From Diadema antillarum (lineage: Eukaryota): a stretch of 64,000 nt of DNA. A program made the position numbers and the translations under genes. Below the pieces are notes generated by a model. It saw only the letters and a list, made by a program, of their open reading frames with translations. It did not search any database and had not been told where the DNA came from. Shown one piece after another: positions 1 through 11,100 of the stretch (positions within the stretch are counted from its first letter, which is position 1; every line of letters starts with the position of its first letter). The DNA lies in the NCBI RefSeq assembly GCF_040938485.1, contig NW_027270992.1, positions 3,100,001 through 3,164,000 of the forward strand, written 5' to 3'.

Positions 1-349
1 TGATAATAAAGGTAAATTTAGTAAACCAAGATGAAGACGCTTAAGGGCATTTTTGCTACAGAGATATTGGTCCATTTGTCTCTGGCATTACAGAAGTGAA
101 CAGTTTTAGTTGTGTTGCCCTTCTACATATATATCTTCCTTTTCTTTTTTTGCAAACCATACCTGTATTTGCTAAAAATAGTAGCTCCCTGTATACATTA
201 TTAAATAAGTATTCATTATAATTGACAGTCTGACAGAGCAGCTTGTTTGTTTCTAATTCACAAACATTTAAGGGGGATATCAGCGTGAAATTATGCTCGG
301 GAAATGTGTGGGCCATGATCACAACAACACACAAATGCAAACACGCATG

Positions 350-350
350 T

Positions 351-391
<41 letters not shown>

Positions 392-417
392 TACACAAAC
401 ACATGCACACACACACA
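350..417. repeat. (CA)n microsatellite
   Basis: Direct reading. Confidence 0.95.
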
Positions 418-2329
418 ATCTCTCACATGTAAGCCATTTGATGAAACCCCCTACTACAAATCACATCCAAATTAAAACACGTAATTTGTACATTCAGCTG
501 TACAGTGTGGTAGACTTTACTTTTTTTCCACGTTTATGGCAGTTGATTATTGGTAAATAAGTTTAGATTTTTTTTTTTGCAGTGTTGAGGTGTGGTCAGG
601 AAATACTTCAATTTATCACTATTGTACTTTGAAATGTACTACATGTGCGATATATGTACTGTTAGATACACTGTGTAGCCTTCATCATTTCATGTATAGT
701 AAGAGCAGACAGCAAAGTGAAAACAAATGAACTACGGATATAGTGTAATTTGAACATACAATGTATGTATAATTTGTACATTTTTTAATCACATTATTTC
801 AACTTAAGCCTTCATTATAAAAATTTGGCCATGATGGTAAAACTGTTAATGTTGTACCAAACTACTAAGGAAGTTTCAAAGCTAGCGTCCCATTCCCAAC
901 TGTCAATAATGAGTTTAAAAAGTTGTCACTCTGGGAAGGACGTTCAAAATAATTCCTCAGGTGTATAAGTGTCTTTAAAGTTGGATATTCTATGCCACCA
1001 ACTACTCATAAGGAACTGAAATTAAATGTTCTATAGTTTATAAAATATTAGGCATATTTCAGTTGTTTCTCCATGCTCTTGAAACTCCTTCATTATACAC
1101 TTTCATTTGTACAATGTACAAACGTACATGTACAAGTACTGTAATACACAATATATTTACTGTATATTCATGATAGTTCATGATCATTGTTCAACAACAG
1201 TGCATTATTTCAAACAAAGTACATTGTAAACTGTTTGACTCTGAATTTTGATGTCAGAGAAATAATTTGATATGTCACATTTCAGTCTGATTACCATGTG
1301 TAGTAGACTCTCATTACACATCAAAAACACAGGATTAACACAAACTGGTTACAAGTTATGACAAAGAAATCTTCCTGGTCTGACTGTAGATTTTGTTTTT
1401 TAATTTGTTGTCTTTTACAACAATCCTTGGTAAAAAAAAAAAAAATTGCTTCGAAGTTCAAAAAAGAAAATATATTCATTGCTTCACAGTTCAAATTACA
1501 GGTGCAAGTTAATGTTCATGTGCATTAACAGAACTAGGTTTGTTTTTATCAAAATGGGCCAAAGTCCATACTGTACTTCTGATGAATGATTTTTGTATGG
1601 TATATGTAAACAAATTCTGGGCAGTTGTACAACTCAAAAACATACTCTACACATGTGTACACTTGTCTGTATGCATAGATGAACATGCGATGTACAATTA
1701 CATGTGCAGACAAACGGCATAACAGTTCAATTTTCAAACACCCAAAACACACAGCCCATCCCGACTTGGCATAATTGTACCTGTATGTACATGTACATTT
1801 AATTCACTTCATCACAAAAAACACAACCGTGAACTAAAGTGTTTCAACTTTTCCATAATTCTATCACTTGTAATTATGATATGTACCCATCAACATGTCC
1901 AATGAAATTCAAATATTCACGCCTAAAAAACGAAGTACAGCATGAAAAGTAGGTGTGTACAAATGTACATTGTATTTGCTTCTATGAATAAGAGCAAGGT
2001 ACAGTAATTGCAGTGATAAAAAGAAAATTGTTGTACATGTAGCATGGAACTGCAAAAATTTAGGTACACCAGGAACCAATGTACCAACCACTCACCATTA
2101 CAGACCTTAAGGAGGAAAAACACTCACAGTGGATTCTTGTTTTAAAACATATGAATTAAAATCATATGAATTCTCTAACAAACAATTTTCAAAGCCCAAA
2201 GGTACAAGTTACATGTATACGTAACATTTTTCAGTTAAAAAAACAAGGAATCTGAGCTACGCTGTACAGCTGTACATGATTCTTCATGTTACCAGTATAT
2301 CTGATAAGGCCTGAAAATTGAGTGCTTTT

Positions 2330-3985
2330 AAAAAGTGGATATAATCGTCTAGATCACTTGGCCATCCACACAAAACCGTACTGTGTACGTTGCTTACATC
2401 AACACCCAGGCCAGTATACTGTATACGCAATGGTACAATGTAGCTATCAGAACTCTGATGTCACCATCTGGTGCCAACATGCTGTCCACAATTTCCTTTT
2501 GGATATCAGTTTCTGTGTTCCGGTGGTACATATAAACTTATTTGAACATACCTGTGGCAATTAACCTTCTGGAAGCATTGCGATAAAGGTCGCGTACACA
2601 TCACTGCACATTTTTCTTATCATCCTTTCACAACATGCACCATGGATCTTCAAGTCATCTGCCAGCCACTTGAACATTGTATCTAAATCTCTTGCACCAG
2701 ACTTGACAACATGTTTTATATTTTGTTTGTCCGGCAACTAATTTACCCACACATAATTGCGAAGACCAAAGTTTTCGATGATACCGCTACGCACATCTCT
2801 GGTTGCAGTGGCTGTCAGGGCAACAGCGGGAACTGACGAATTGAGTTTCGATCGTAATTCACCCAATTTTCCATACGCTGCTCGAAATGCTTTGGTGTCT
2901 TCAGATGCGGTCCCCCTGTGATCTATTTGAAAAATAATAATAAAAAAACCCAGTAAGATTTAAAAAAAAAAAAAAAAATTCTACATTGCACATCCATGTG
3001 ATTTTAATAATGCCTGCAGTCTCTACAATGCATATCGCATAGCCATAAGACTGCATAATTTTAATCTATAGATGAACAAGTATGAGTACATTTGCATACT
3101 GAAGCATGTTCCTATTTGAGTTTTTTCTCAACGTACATGCACATGAAGAAGTAGTCTGTGGACCACAGCGTATGTCTCGGTCGCTCCTCTGTGTACTGGA
3201 GCGGAGCAAAGCCACCGAGACACAGCTGTGGCTCACAGACTATAAAGGCAATAGGCCTATGTGTAATTGCATTTGTATGCGAGAAAGTTACAGTAATTAC
3301 TGTACTGTATAAAACAATTAAACCAGTGCAGTTACGGTGTTAACAATTTATCACAATTACACAGGATTTAACTCATCCCTCAGTACACCTAGCAACACTC
3401 ACAAGAGTAGTAGTAGTAGAAGCCTGACATGTGTTTACCTTACCCGGCCCAGACCCTGAGGCCAGACATTTAACTACATGTACATTTAGTTTTACAATCC
3501 TTTTTTGTTATTCAACTAGGGGCCTACAGTTACAGTTTGTAATTCAAGACAAGAGACACTCAATGAAAGTTGTCTTGACGAAACATTTTTAGGAACTGGA
3601 TAAATGATTAGCTTACCACTTTGTCACGCAGGCCAAGCAAGATCCATAGCCCTGCTCATCTTGTCCGAAATTAAAGACTTCAAAGGTATGACAACAAGAG
3701 CCACAGCTTTCGGAGAGTCTGGTCCATCATGTAGATCTACATATTGCAGTTTGCGAAGAAAATCAACGCATAACGGTGCAGCTTGGAACACCACACTATT
3801 GCCGAAACCAGTCGGCAGGGAGATAAACAATCATGACCACGCACGGAAAAAACGAGTGTACAAGTAGTATGGGGACTTTAGTTCTGGTTCTGCTGCTGCT
3901 CCCTGAAACCGTCAACGAATCCCAAGCTTCTCAGCAGCACATTGAATGCGCTTCTTAATATCGCTGTCAGAAAAGCGACGCTGAT
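2330..3985 (-). pseudogene. Degenerate intron-containing RecQ-like SF2 helicase, probably transposon-borne (AcademH-type)
   Basis: Minus-strand segments in RecQ order: FISLPTGFGNS (Walker A, K>N) and VALVVIPLKSLISD (3830-3650, donor at 3616); possible middle exon about 3240-3100; AFRAAYGKLGELRS..VPAVALTATAT (2922-2800); MYHRNT..DGDIRVLIAT[IAY]GLGVDVSNV..GWPSDLDDY (2540-2335). Several stops and frameshifts. Confidence 0.8.
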
Positions 3986-4939
3986 GATGACATCATTGAT
4001 CATATAAAAAAGATTTGGAGGAAATATTTTAAATACTGCACAGATTTTGGTCAGAAAACACAAGATTCGGAATCAATACGAAAAGCACATTGCGCACAAG
4101 CTGTACACGCGATCCGGGGATCCCCGATCGAGAAGTAAAAGCCACCTCGAAATTAACATGTACGAAATTTCACGATGCTTTGAATGTGCAAATATCTGTA
4201 ATATTTATATTTATCAGATTTTTCGTTGTGATTTCCAAATTATTATTTTTGGCTGAAAATTAGATTTAAAAATTTAACAATTGTGATATTTAAAATGTAA
4301 TACATAACAGTTATGGAACGAGTATAAGTTAGTCTTAATCTTATGCACAGTCTATGCACGTTCTAGTTTCATTCTCTTCTTATGATCTCTAAGACATATT
4401 ATTTGAGCAAATTTCAATTGAAAGAAATATAATTTGGAAATTCCATTAATATATGATGAGAATAATACAAATATTGGCGTAAAATACGTATGTCATATTG
4501 CTAAATGCAATGTACCTGTTTTGCAATAAGACTACAAAATTAGAGATCTATCGACTTTTTTCCTTGCCTGGTGGAAATGATTGACGCCATCTCATCGACC
4601 AATCAGGATGCTCGAAATGAATATAGGCGGAGTCTCTTCCCCGAAATATATCGGGGAGACTTGGCAAACCAGACTGGACTGTTTTGGAGGTCGAGATGCG
4701 TGCGTGCGCGGCAAATTACTAAATACACGAGCGCACCGGCACGGTGGGGCATACGCGTGCTGTAGCGGTGTGTGCGCGCAGTAAATGATCACATAAAACA
4801 GTCCAGGCAGTGGACTATGTTTTTATATGTTATACTCAATGTTATTTCGGAGCTCTAAAGCAGTTTGCTAGTTTTGTGTTCTTGATTATGAAAATACTTA
4901 TGCCGGGGACCAAAGAGCTGTAGAACGCGAACATCCACA

Positions 4940-5236
4940 GAAAAAAAAAAAAATGTCCCGCACATGCGCACAATCGCTTATCAAAAATCCATTTGTAGAT
5001 CTTGCGTTGTCTGAGTTTTCAATACCCGTTCTGGGTTATTTTTGCGTCCGCTAAAGCCGCGACGCAGAGCGCTATACTTGATGTACTGGTCGTATGAGGA
5101 CGCCATTTTACTTAGCATAGGTTGCGTCCTCGAGTAATCTAAAGCTACTTTGCAAAACGACGCAGGGAGAGAGGAGAACGACCAACACAATCGTCGTCTC
5201 AAACGTCCCTTGTAAATCTAAAGCTACAGTACCTGT
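4940..5236 (-). mobile_element. Academ-like DNA transposon end with a decayed first coding exon
   Basis: Aligns with 20290-20553, including the terminal motif ..CAAACGTCC..AAATCTAAAGCT. Contains aaaATGGCG MASSYDQYIKYSALRRGFSGRKNNPERVLK.. ending at a GT>AT-mutated donor (ATAAGCGATT). Confidence 0.55.
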
Positions 5237-5544
5237 ATGATATGTTTTAGATTGTGTAAATGAGAATCCGTAACAGTGGCGTGTAAATGCTTTAACTGCC
5301 TATTTCTTTTTAAACTGAGGTAAACAGACTTAGTTGTTCCGTACATGTAAGTGTATGCGATTAAAAAGCGGATAATCGGTTGTTTACATACCTTTTGTGC
5401 CTCTTACGAGTTGAATGCACACTTGCCATTTTCACTGTTTCACGGAATACCGCAACAGTCAATGTGTTACCATTTTTCCACTTAACATAGCTTAACATAG
5501 ATTATCACTGACAGCTCGGCATCCAGGTTTCTTTTTCGGGGGTT

Positions 5545-6010
5545 CAGTTCAGTTCAGTTTAGTTCAGTTCAGTTTATTTCTTTCCATCAAGCAGAAAGTG
5601 AAACAAGGTAATAACATTATGATTCAAAACATGCTTAAAACAATAACATAGTTTGATTAATTTCAATCAAGCAAAAAAAAAAAATACAAAATGAAAAGTG
5701 AATCGCATAGTACATAAGGATTATGATATGATGTAAGTATTATGGGAGACCTGATGATGATTTTCAAATTTTTACATTTGAACAACTATAAATTAGTTAT
5801 ACTGCGGAGGACAGAATTTCAGAATTCAAGATAATTTGGATGAAGAATGAGAATATTTTCGAAATTTATAACAAATTGCAATGAACAAGGATGATGACAT
5901 GGCAGAGTCATAATTAGAATGCGGGAATTGGGGCTCAAGGAAGCAGAACAAAAGAAGAATATTCATGAATAGATTGTGCACAGGTGATCCGCAAGCAAGC
6001 GGTATTGTAA
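5545..6010 (-). mobile_element. LINE 3'-end remnant
   Basis: AATAAA followed by a (CTGAA)n tail on minus at 5545-5580; stem-loop-like segment near 5985-6010. Confidence 0.45.
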
Positions 6011-6355
6011 TGGAATTTCACTGCTACATTTCTGATGTATGTGAGCCTCCTATATGTCATCATCGTTGTTCAGTGTAATTTGTTTTAAGTTTTTCAAAAT
6101 ATTGTTTCTCTGCTCAAGAATCACAATAAATTCCTCAAATCTATACATAGAGCTGTTGATTTATGCACTACATAATGTGAAATATTATGACAATCGTCTG
6201 AAATTACCCCGTACGCATGCTTTGAAGTATAACAATAAAGTAGGTATGGAAAAATAATTGTCCACTAAAAAGCTAAGCTTGTAATACAAGGATCACTCAA
6301 AACATGATAACTAGGTGTACATCATCATTTTTCAAACCGTAGTTATTACATATAA

Positions 6356-6921
6356 AGGACAATTCCACCTTCATAGATATGTGGATTGAGTGAATAGAGC
6401 AATGTTTGGTAGAACACATCAGTGAGAGTTTGAGTAAAATTGGACAATCCGTTCAAAGTTATGAATCTCATAAGTTTTTACTCAGTCACTGCTGGATGAG
6501 AACACTGGTACAGCTTTTGATGTCATAGGTGTAGAGCGATATACAGAGAATATTAAGAACAATCAACATACACAAGATATGTTTTTGTCGTATTATAAAA
6601 GAACACTTGCCTTGCTTCCTTCAGAAAGTAGGGAGAATGTTGCACTTAACATACGTCAGGGGCAAGAAGACGAAATGTGCTCTTTTTTAAACAATAAGAT
6701 TTGTGAAATTCTCTATGTATTTTCTTTATATCGTTCTACCCATGTGACATCGCAAAATTTTGTAGTCTCATCCAGCAGTGACTGCGCAGAAACTATTAAA
6801 AAAACAAATCATAACTTTTGAATTGTCCGATTTTCCCCACTTTTTCACTGATGTGTTTAACTAATATTGCTGCTTTCACTCAGTCCACATGTATGCGTGA
6901 TTATGAAGGTGGACATGTCCT
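6356..6921. mobile_element. MITE with AGGAC termini in a TTAA-like context (Kolobok-like)
   Basis: AGGACAATTCCACCTTCATA at left matches the reverse complement of TATGAAGGTGGACATGTCCT at right; longer internal inverted similarity. Confidence 0.7.
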
Positions 6922-8009
6922 CTAAATTGCAAAAAAAAAAGTTACAATCACTATTCCATGAGCAGTGTGTACTCAACAAAAGAATTTTAAAAACAAACAA
7001 ACAAAGAAACTGTCAAGAGTGGATATAAACGTGTACATACACACATGTGCGTGCATTGCCCACATTGCGTAAAAAGGGAAAACAAAAGCAAAAACAGATG
7101 AATACATTGACAAAGAACGCGACTTTGTACAAGACAACACCGGCAACATTACAAAACAACAAAGAGGACAGAAGAGAGGGGAATAAGAACAGAAGAATGT
7201 ATTTAAACGATTTGCATATTATTTTTAGAACACGCTACTCCATTGCCGCGGCAGGTGAAAACACCAATACTATCTTTAAAAAAAATGTATTTTTATCTGT
7301 TGAAAGAAAATGTTTTCTTCATTTTATTTAAACGTTGTAAGTTTAAAAACTTGTTTATACTGTTGTCAAGGTTGTTTAAAAGTTTTGGTCCAGTATTTTG
7401 GGTATGCCCTGTTCTGAATAAGGGAAGGTGGAATTCATTCGATTTCCGGGTGGGGTATTTATGGATAAGACAATTTCTGTGAAATAAATCTGGAAATATA
7501 TTGAGTTAATGATTACTGTTGTAATTGAACAAGCTGAAATTGATCTAATTCTATTATTTTTAAGATTTTCAAGGTTTTCTAAATATTTACATTAGTTGTT
7601 TGAAAGGCAATTTCCTTTCAAATATTACTCGATTCTTCATTATTCTGGGTATAATATCACTGCGACTGCAGGGGAAACGAAGTGACCGTGCTGGTAATCA
7701 TCAAGATGACATAAATGCATTTAGAGAGTTATACAGTGAAATTAGCAGTCGATTGCCGATTTATCAAAGACCTATAGTCAACTTTGGTTCAGTTGTTACG
7801 CTATCTTGGGTTTTTCCTGTTTCTACCTTTAATATAAACATGCACACACACACACACACACACAAACAGACAAACCAACAACTCTCGCTGTTGGGCGATT
7901 TCGTGTATCAAGACTTATTCTAAAAATGAGAATGGTGCTGTAAGGACATGTTATATTCAAATATGATTTATTATCCATGTCTCATTGCTTGTTTCGCTTT
8001 CTTTTGCAG

Positions 8010-8138
8010 CATGTTCCGGGGGAATCTTTGGGGCAAACTGTGAGCTGAAGTGTAACTGTGCGTTCGGTGTGACGTGTGACTCTGCCACGGGATGTCAAGG
8101 AGCCTGTGCCGCTGGGTATTCTGGAGATCTGTGTCAGG
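8010..8138 (+). CDS. RPTP exon, EGF-like repeat 1
   Basis: ttgcag|CA..CAG G|gtaaaa; [43 protein letters not shown]; phase 1-1. Confidence 0.85.
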
Positions 8139-11100
8139 GTAAAAACAAACAAACAAAACTAACTAAAAAAATTGGTGATGTTGATCCATTTCTCCATCAA
8201 TCCTTTTGCATTTTTAATATTTCAGATTTGAAATTTCTCTACTGTACTAATGATTTGAAGAAACCAAAAATATATATTCGACAATAACTTTGTTTTTTCA
8301 CTTGATTTTTTTATTCTTTTCCATTTATGTGTTATTTGCACTTTCAATTTAAAACAGAAGCTACAGGAGATTGCAGCGAAGGCTATTTTGGACCCCTGTG
8401 TAACTATCCCTGTCACTGTAAGACCAGCAGGACCTGTGATCGGATTAGCGGCCAATGTACTGGCGATGACTCCTGCGCCGATGGTTGGGCTGGACCGGAC
8501 TGTCAGCAAGGTATAGCAGAAGTTCAGAAAAAGCAAATGAGAAGAAAAAAAATAGAGCTACTGTTTTCATGTGCAAATGATGTAAAGCTCACAATTTTGA
8601 TAGGTTCAGTGTTGTGTGTGTGTGTGTGTGTGTGTGTTTGTTTGTTTGTTTGTTTTTTGTTTGTTTGTTTTTTGGGGGCATGACCTGTTAGGCGCTTATC
8701 GGTAGTTTCCATAGTTCAGTGTATGAGGAATGTTATTTTTACAACATGTTAGCTTCACGAAAATTCTAGAATCATTTCGAAAGCTCAGGAAATGGACACT
8801 AGATATTGTAACTCACAACAGTCAGACAAACACAACAGTAAAAGTTAATAAAGATTTTCATGTGTTTTCACCGGAAAGTCATTTTTATACCAACGTCACA
8901 TGCAAACCAGATGAGTTAATGATATCATCTTATTTCTTCATAGGATATTATTCCGCACAACACAGTAAATCACGAGGATCTTGCCTTTGGTGGACGATTT
9001 TGCTCTACAACACATCCTCTTAAAGTCGCAAGAGAAAAAAGAATTCTATAAGTCATTCATTTTTGCTTGGTTTATTAAAGAAATTATGTTTAATGACTAT
9101 TTTTGTTTGTTTTTTTACTCAAGAGACGGTCAAATGGCTTCATCTAATTTCCTAGACATGCTGCGAACAGAAAATGAGTAAAGTGATACTAAGATGACAT
9201 GGCAAAATATACCGGTAAGCAAATATAACGAATGTCTTGGCTTACATTGACAGCAAGTCGAAGATAACAATAAGGCTGAGTAATAAATATATTCCACAAA
9301 AAAAGAACTGACTTTCCCCTCTTGGTAACACATGCATATGAAGCTTTAATATTGCTCTTTTCGATGCAATTAATTCTACCTGTAGCATTGCCAAGACTGG
9401 TGGATTCTCCGTGGATATTGGATGTCACAAGTGACTCAGTTTTGATTGCATGGAACGCCTGGAAGGACGGCTACGATTATGGCACAGGACCGGTGCACTC
9501 GTACCTGATAACTTACAGTTGGGAAGATGACGTGGGTAACACAGGCAGCTCTGATGAACCCGTTGTCGTCTCTGAGGATAGCACTGCTAACATCACTGAT
9601 CTTCGTGCATTTAGGGATTATGAGTTTGTTTTGTCCGTCAGGCGAGAAGTTGAAGGTTCACCAACGGGTGGGATCAGCAGTTCACCAATCACAGCTATGA
9701 CGCCATGCGGTAGTAAGTAAACGATTTTTCTGTTGTTGTTTTTTCTCAATATTAACACATTGTTCACATTAAGGTCACATTGGGTTAGCACTTAATTTGC
9801 GAGTGCAAAATGTCGGACAATCCTTGATAAAAAATTATGTATCAATCTCTGTGTACCAAAATATGATACAAACACCCTATATGAATATTTTTCCTTAAGT
9901 CTTAATTTTGTCATCCCGAGTTGACTATTGTTCGTTTCAGATAAGTCATACCGAAAAAAATGATGTAACTTTTCTATATTTTTGAAACACTGCATAACTG
10001 GGAATAGAAATAAGGGTGTTTATTACAAAACACACGGAATGAAATGTATAAAAATGGTGCCAAGCCGCAGCGCAACATTCAGGTGTAAAAAGCCCGGAGT
10101 CACGATGGCCTTCCCTATCTTATCTTCTCTTATACCGTATGTCCCCTGCCCCCCCCCCCCCCACCCAAAAAAAAAAAGAAGAAAAGAAAATACAACCGAA
10201 CTTTCTGCATTGATAACCTTAAAGGTAGTAAATCAATCAAAGTGTAATTTCAGGGTTGAAAACTGTAACATACTACCCACATCCTGCAGGAAATATCATT
10301 TGATTTGATTCAGTGGTCACAGAGAAACGGGGATCTTTGTAAAACATGTCAGAAGTCCCTTCCCTCCAAGTTTCGCATTGTCAATTGTGATCACGCCTTG
10401 CAAATACCAAGTTGTTCATTGTGTTTACTCACAACAATTTTTTTTTTTGAAAAAGTGATTTTTGGTTTCTTTTCATTTGTCAAGTAAAGAAGTGAAAAAT
10501 GAATGACATTGAAAAGGGTGCAAATTTCTGAGTTTTGCAAAATTAGTAAGGAGTGAAGTTGAGTGACTAGAAAAAGATATGAAATTTTGAACTCATTGAA
10601 GACGGGATTGAATTTTTTTTTCATTTTTGATTTTCTGTTTTCTGTTTTCTTTTGTTTTATTTCTCTCTCTCTTAATCAAGATGATGATAACGATATCTAC
10701 ATTATATGTATATGTACAAATTTGTATACTATCATATCTTGATGTAATGCTATGCGCAGAATGTTAATTCAATTGTTGTTTGCCCTGTCAGCAGTCAAGT
10801 TTTTGTTTGTTTAATAGATACTTTATTTTCTGCAAATCAACAAATCAATCAGCAAATCAATATACATAAGGCACATGATCATGAACATGTGGGAAATATA
10901 CAAAATAGATTCAAAACAGAGTCGTTTGACTTGCGTAAACAAAGATATAAAAGGTAATTAATGATACAATATACAGTATGCATGTCTATGCAGCGGGGAT
11001 TACAACAATTATAATTATGGAGCGATAATGCAGAAGGCCGCCATTGTAAGCATAGCTTGAAAAGATGGCCGGCCAGAGGAAAAGATAGGGACGTATACTA

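Noticed and set aside
56-560. ORFs of 60-120 aa on both strands
   Set aside because: They read through the (CA)n microsatellite (HTHT/VCVC); no domain or splice support.
3624-3830. Functional host RecQ gene
   Set aside because: Walker A Lys replaced (GFGNS), several in-frame stops and frameshifting insertions; classed as a pseudogene or transposon relic.
8944-9040. Exon-like open stretch between EGF2 and FN3-1, where an Ig domain might be expected
   Set aside because: No Ig or EGF cysteine pattern and no suitable donor; flanking exons already join in phase.
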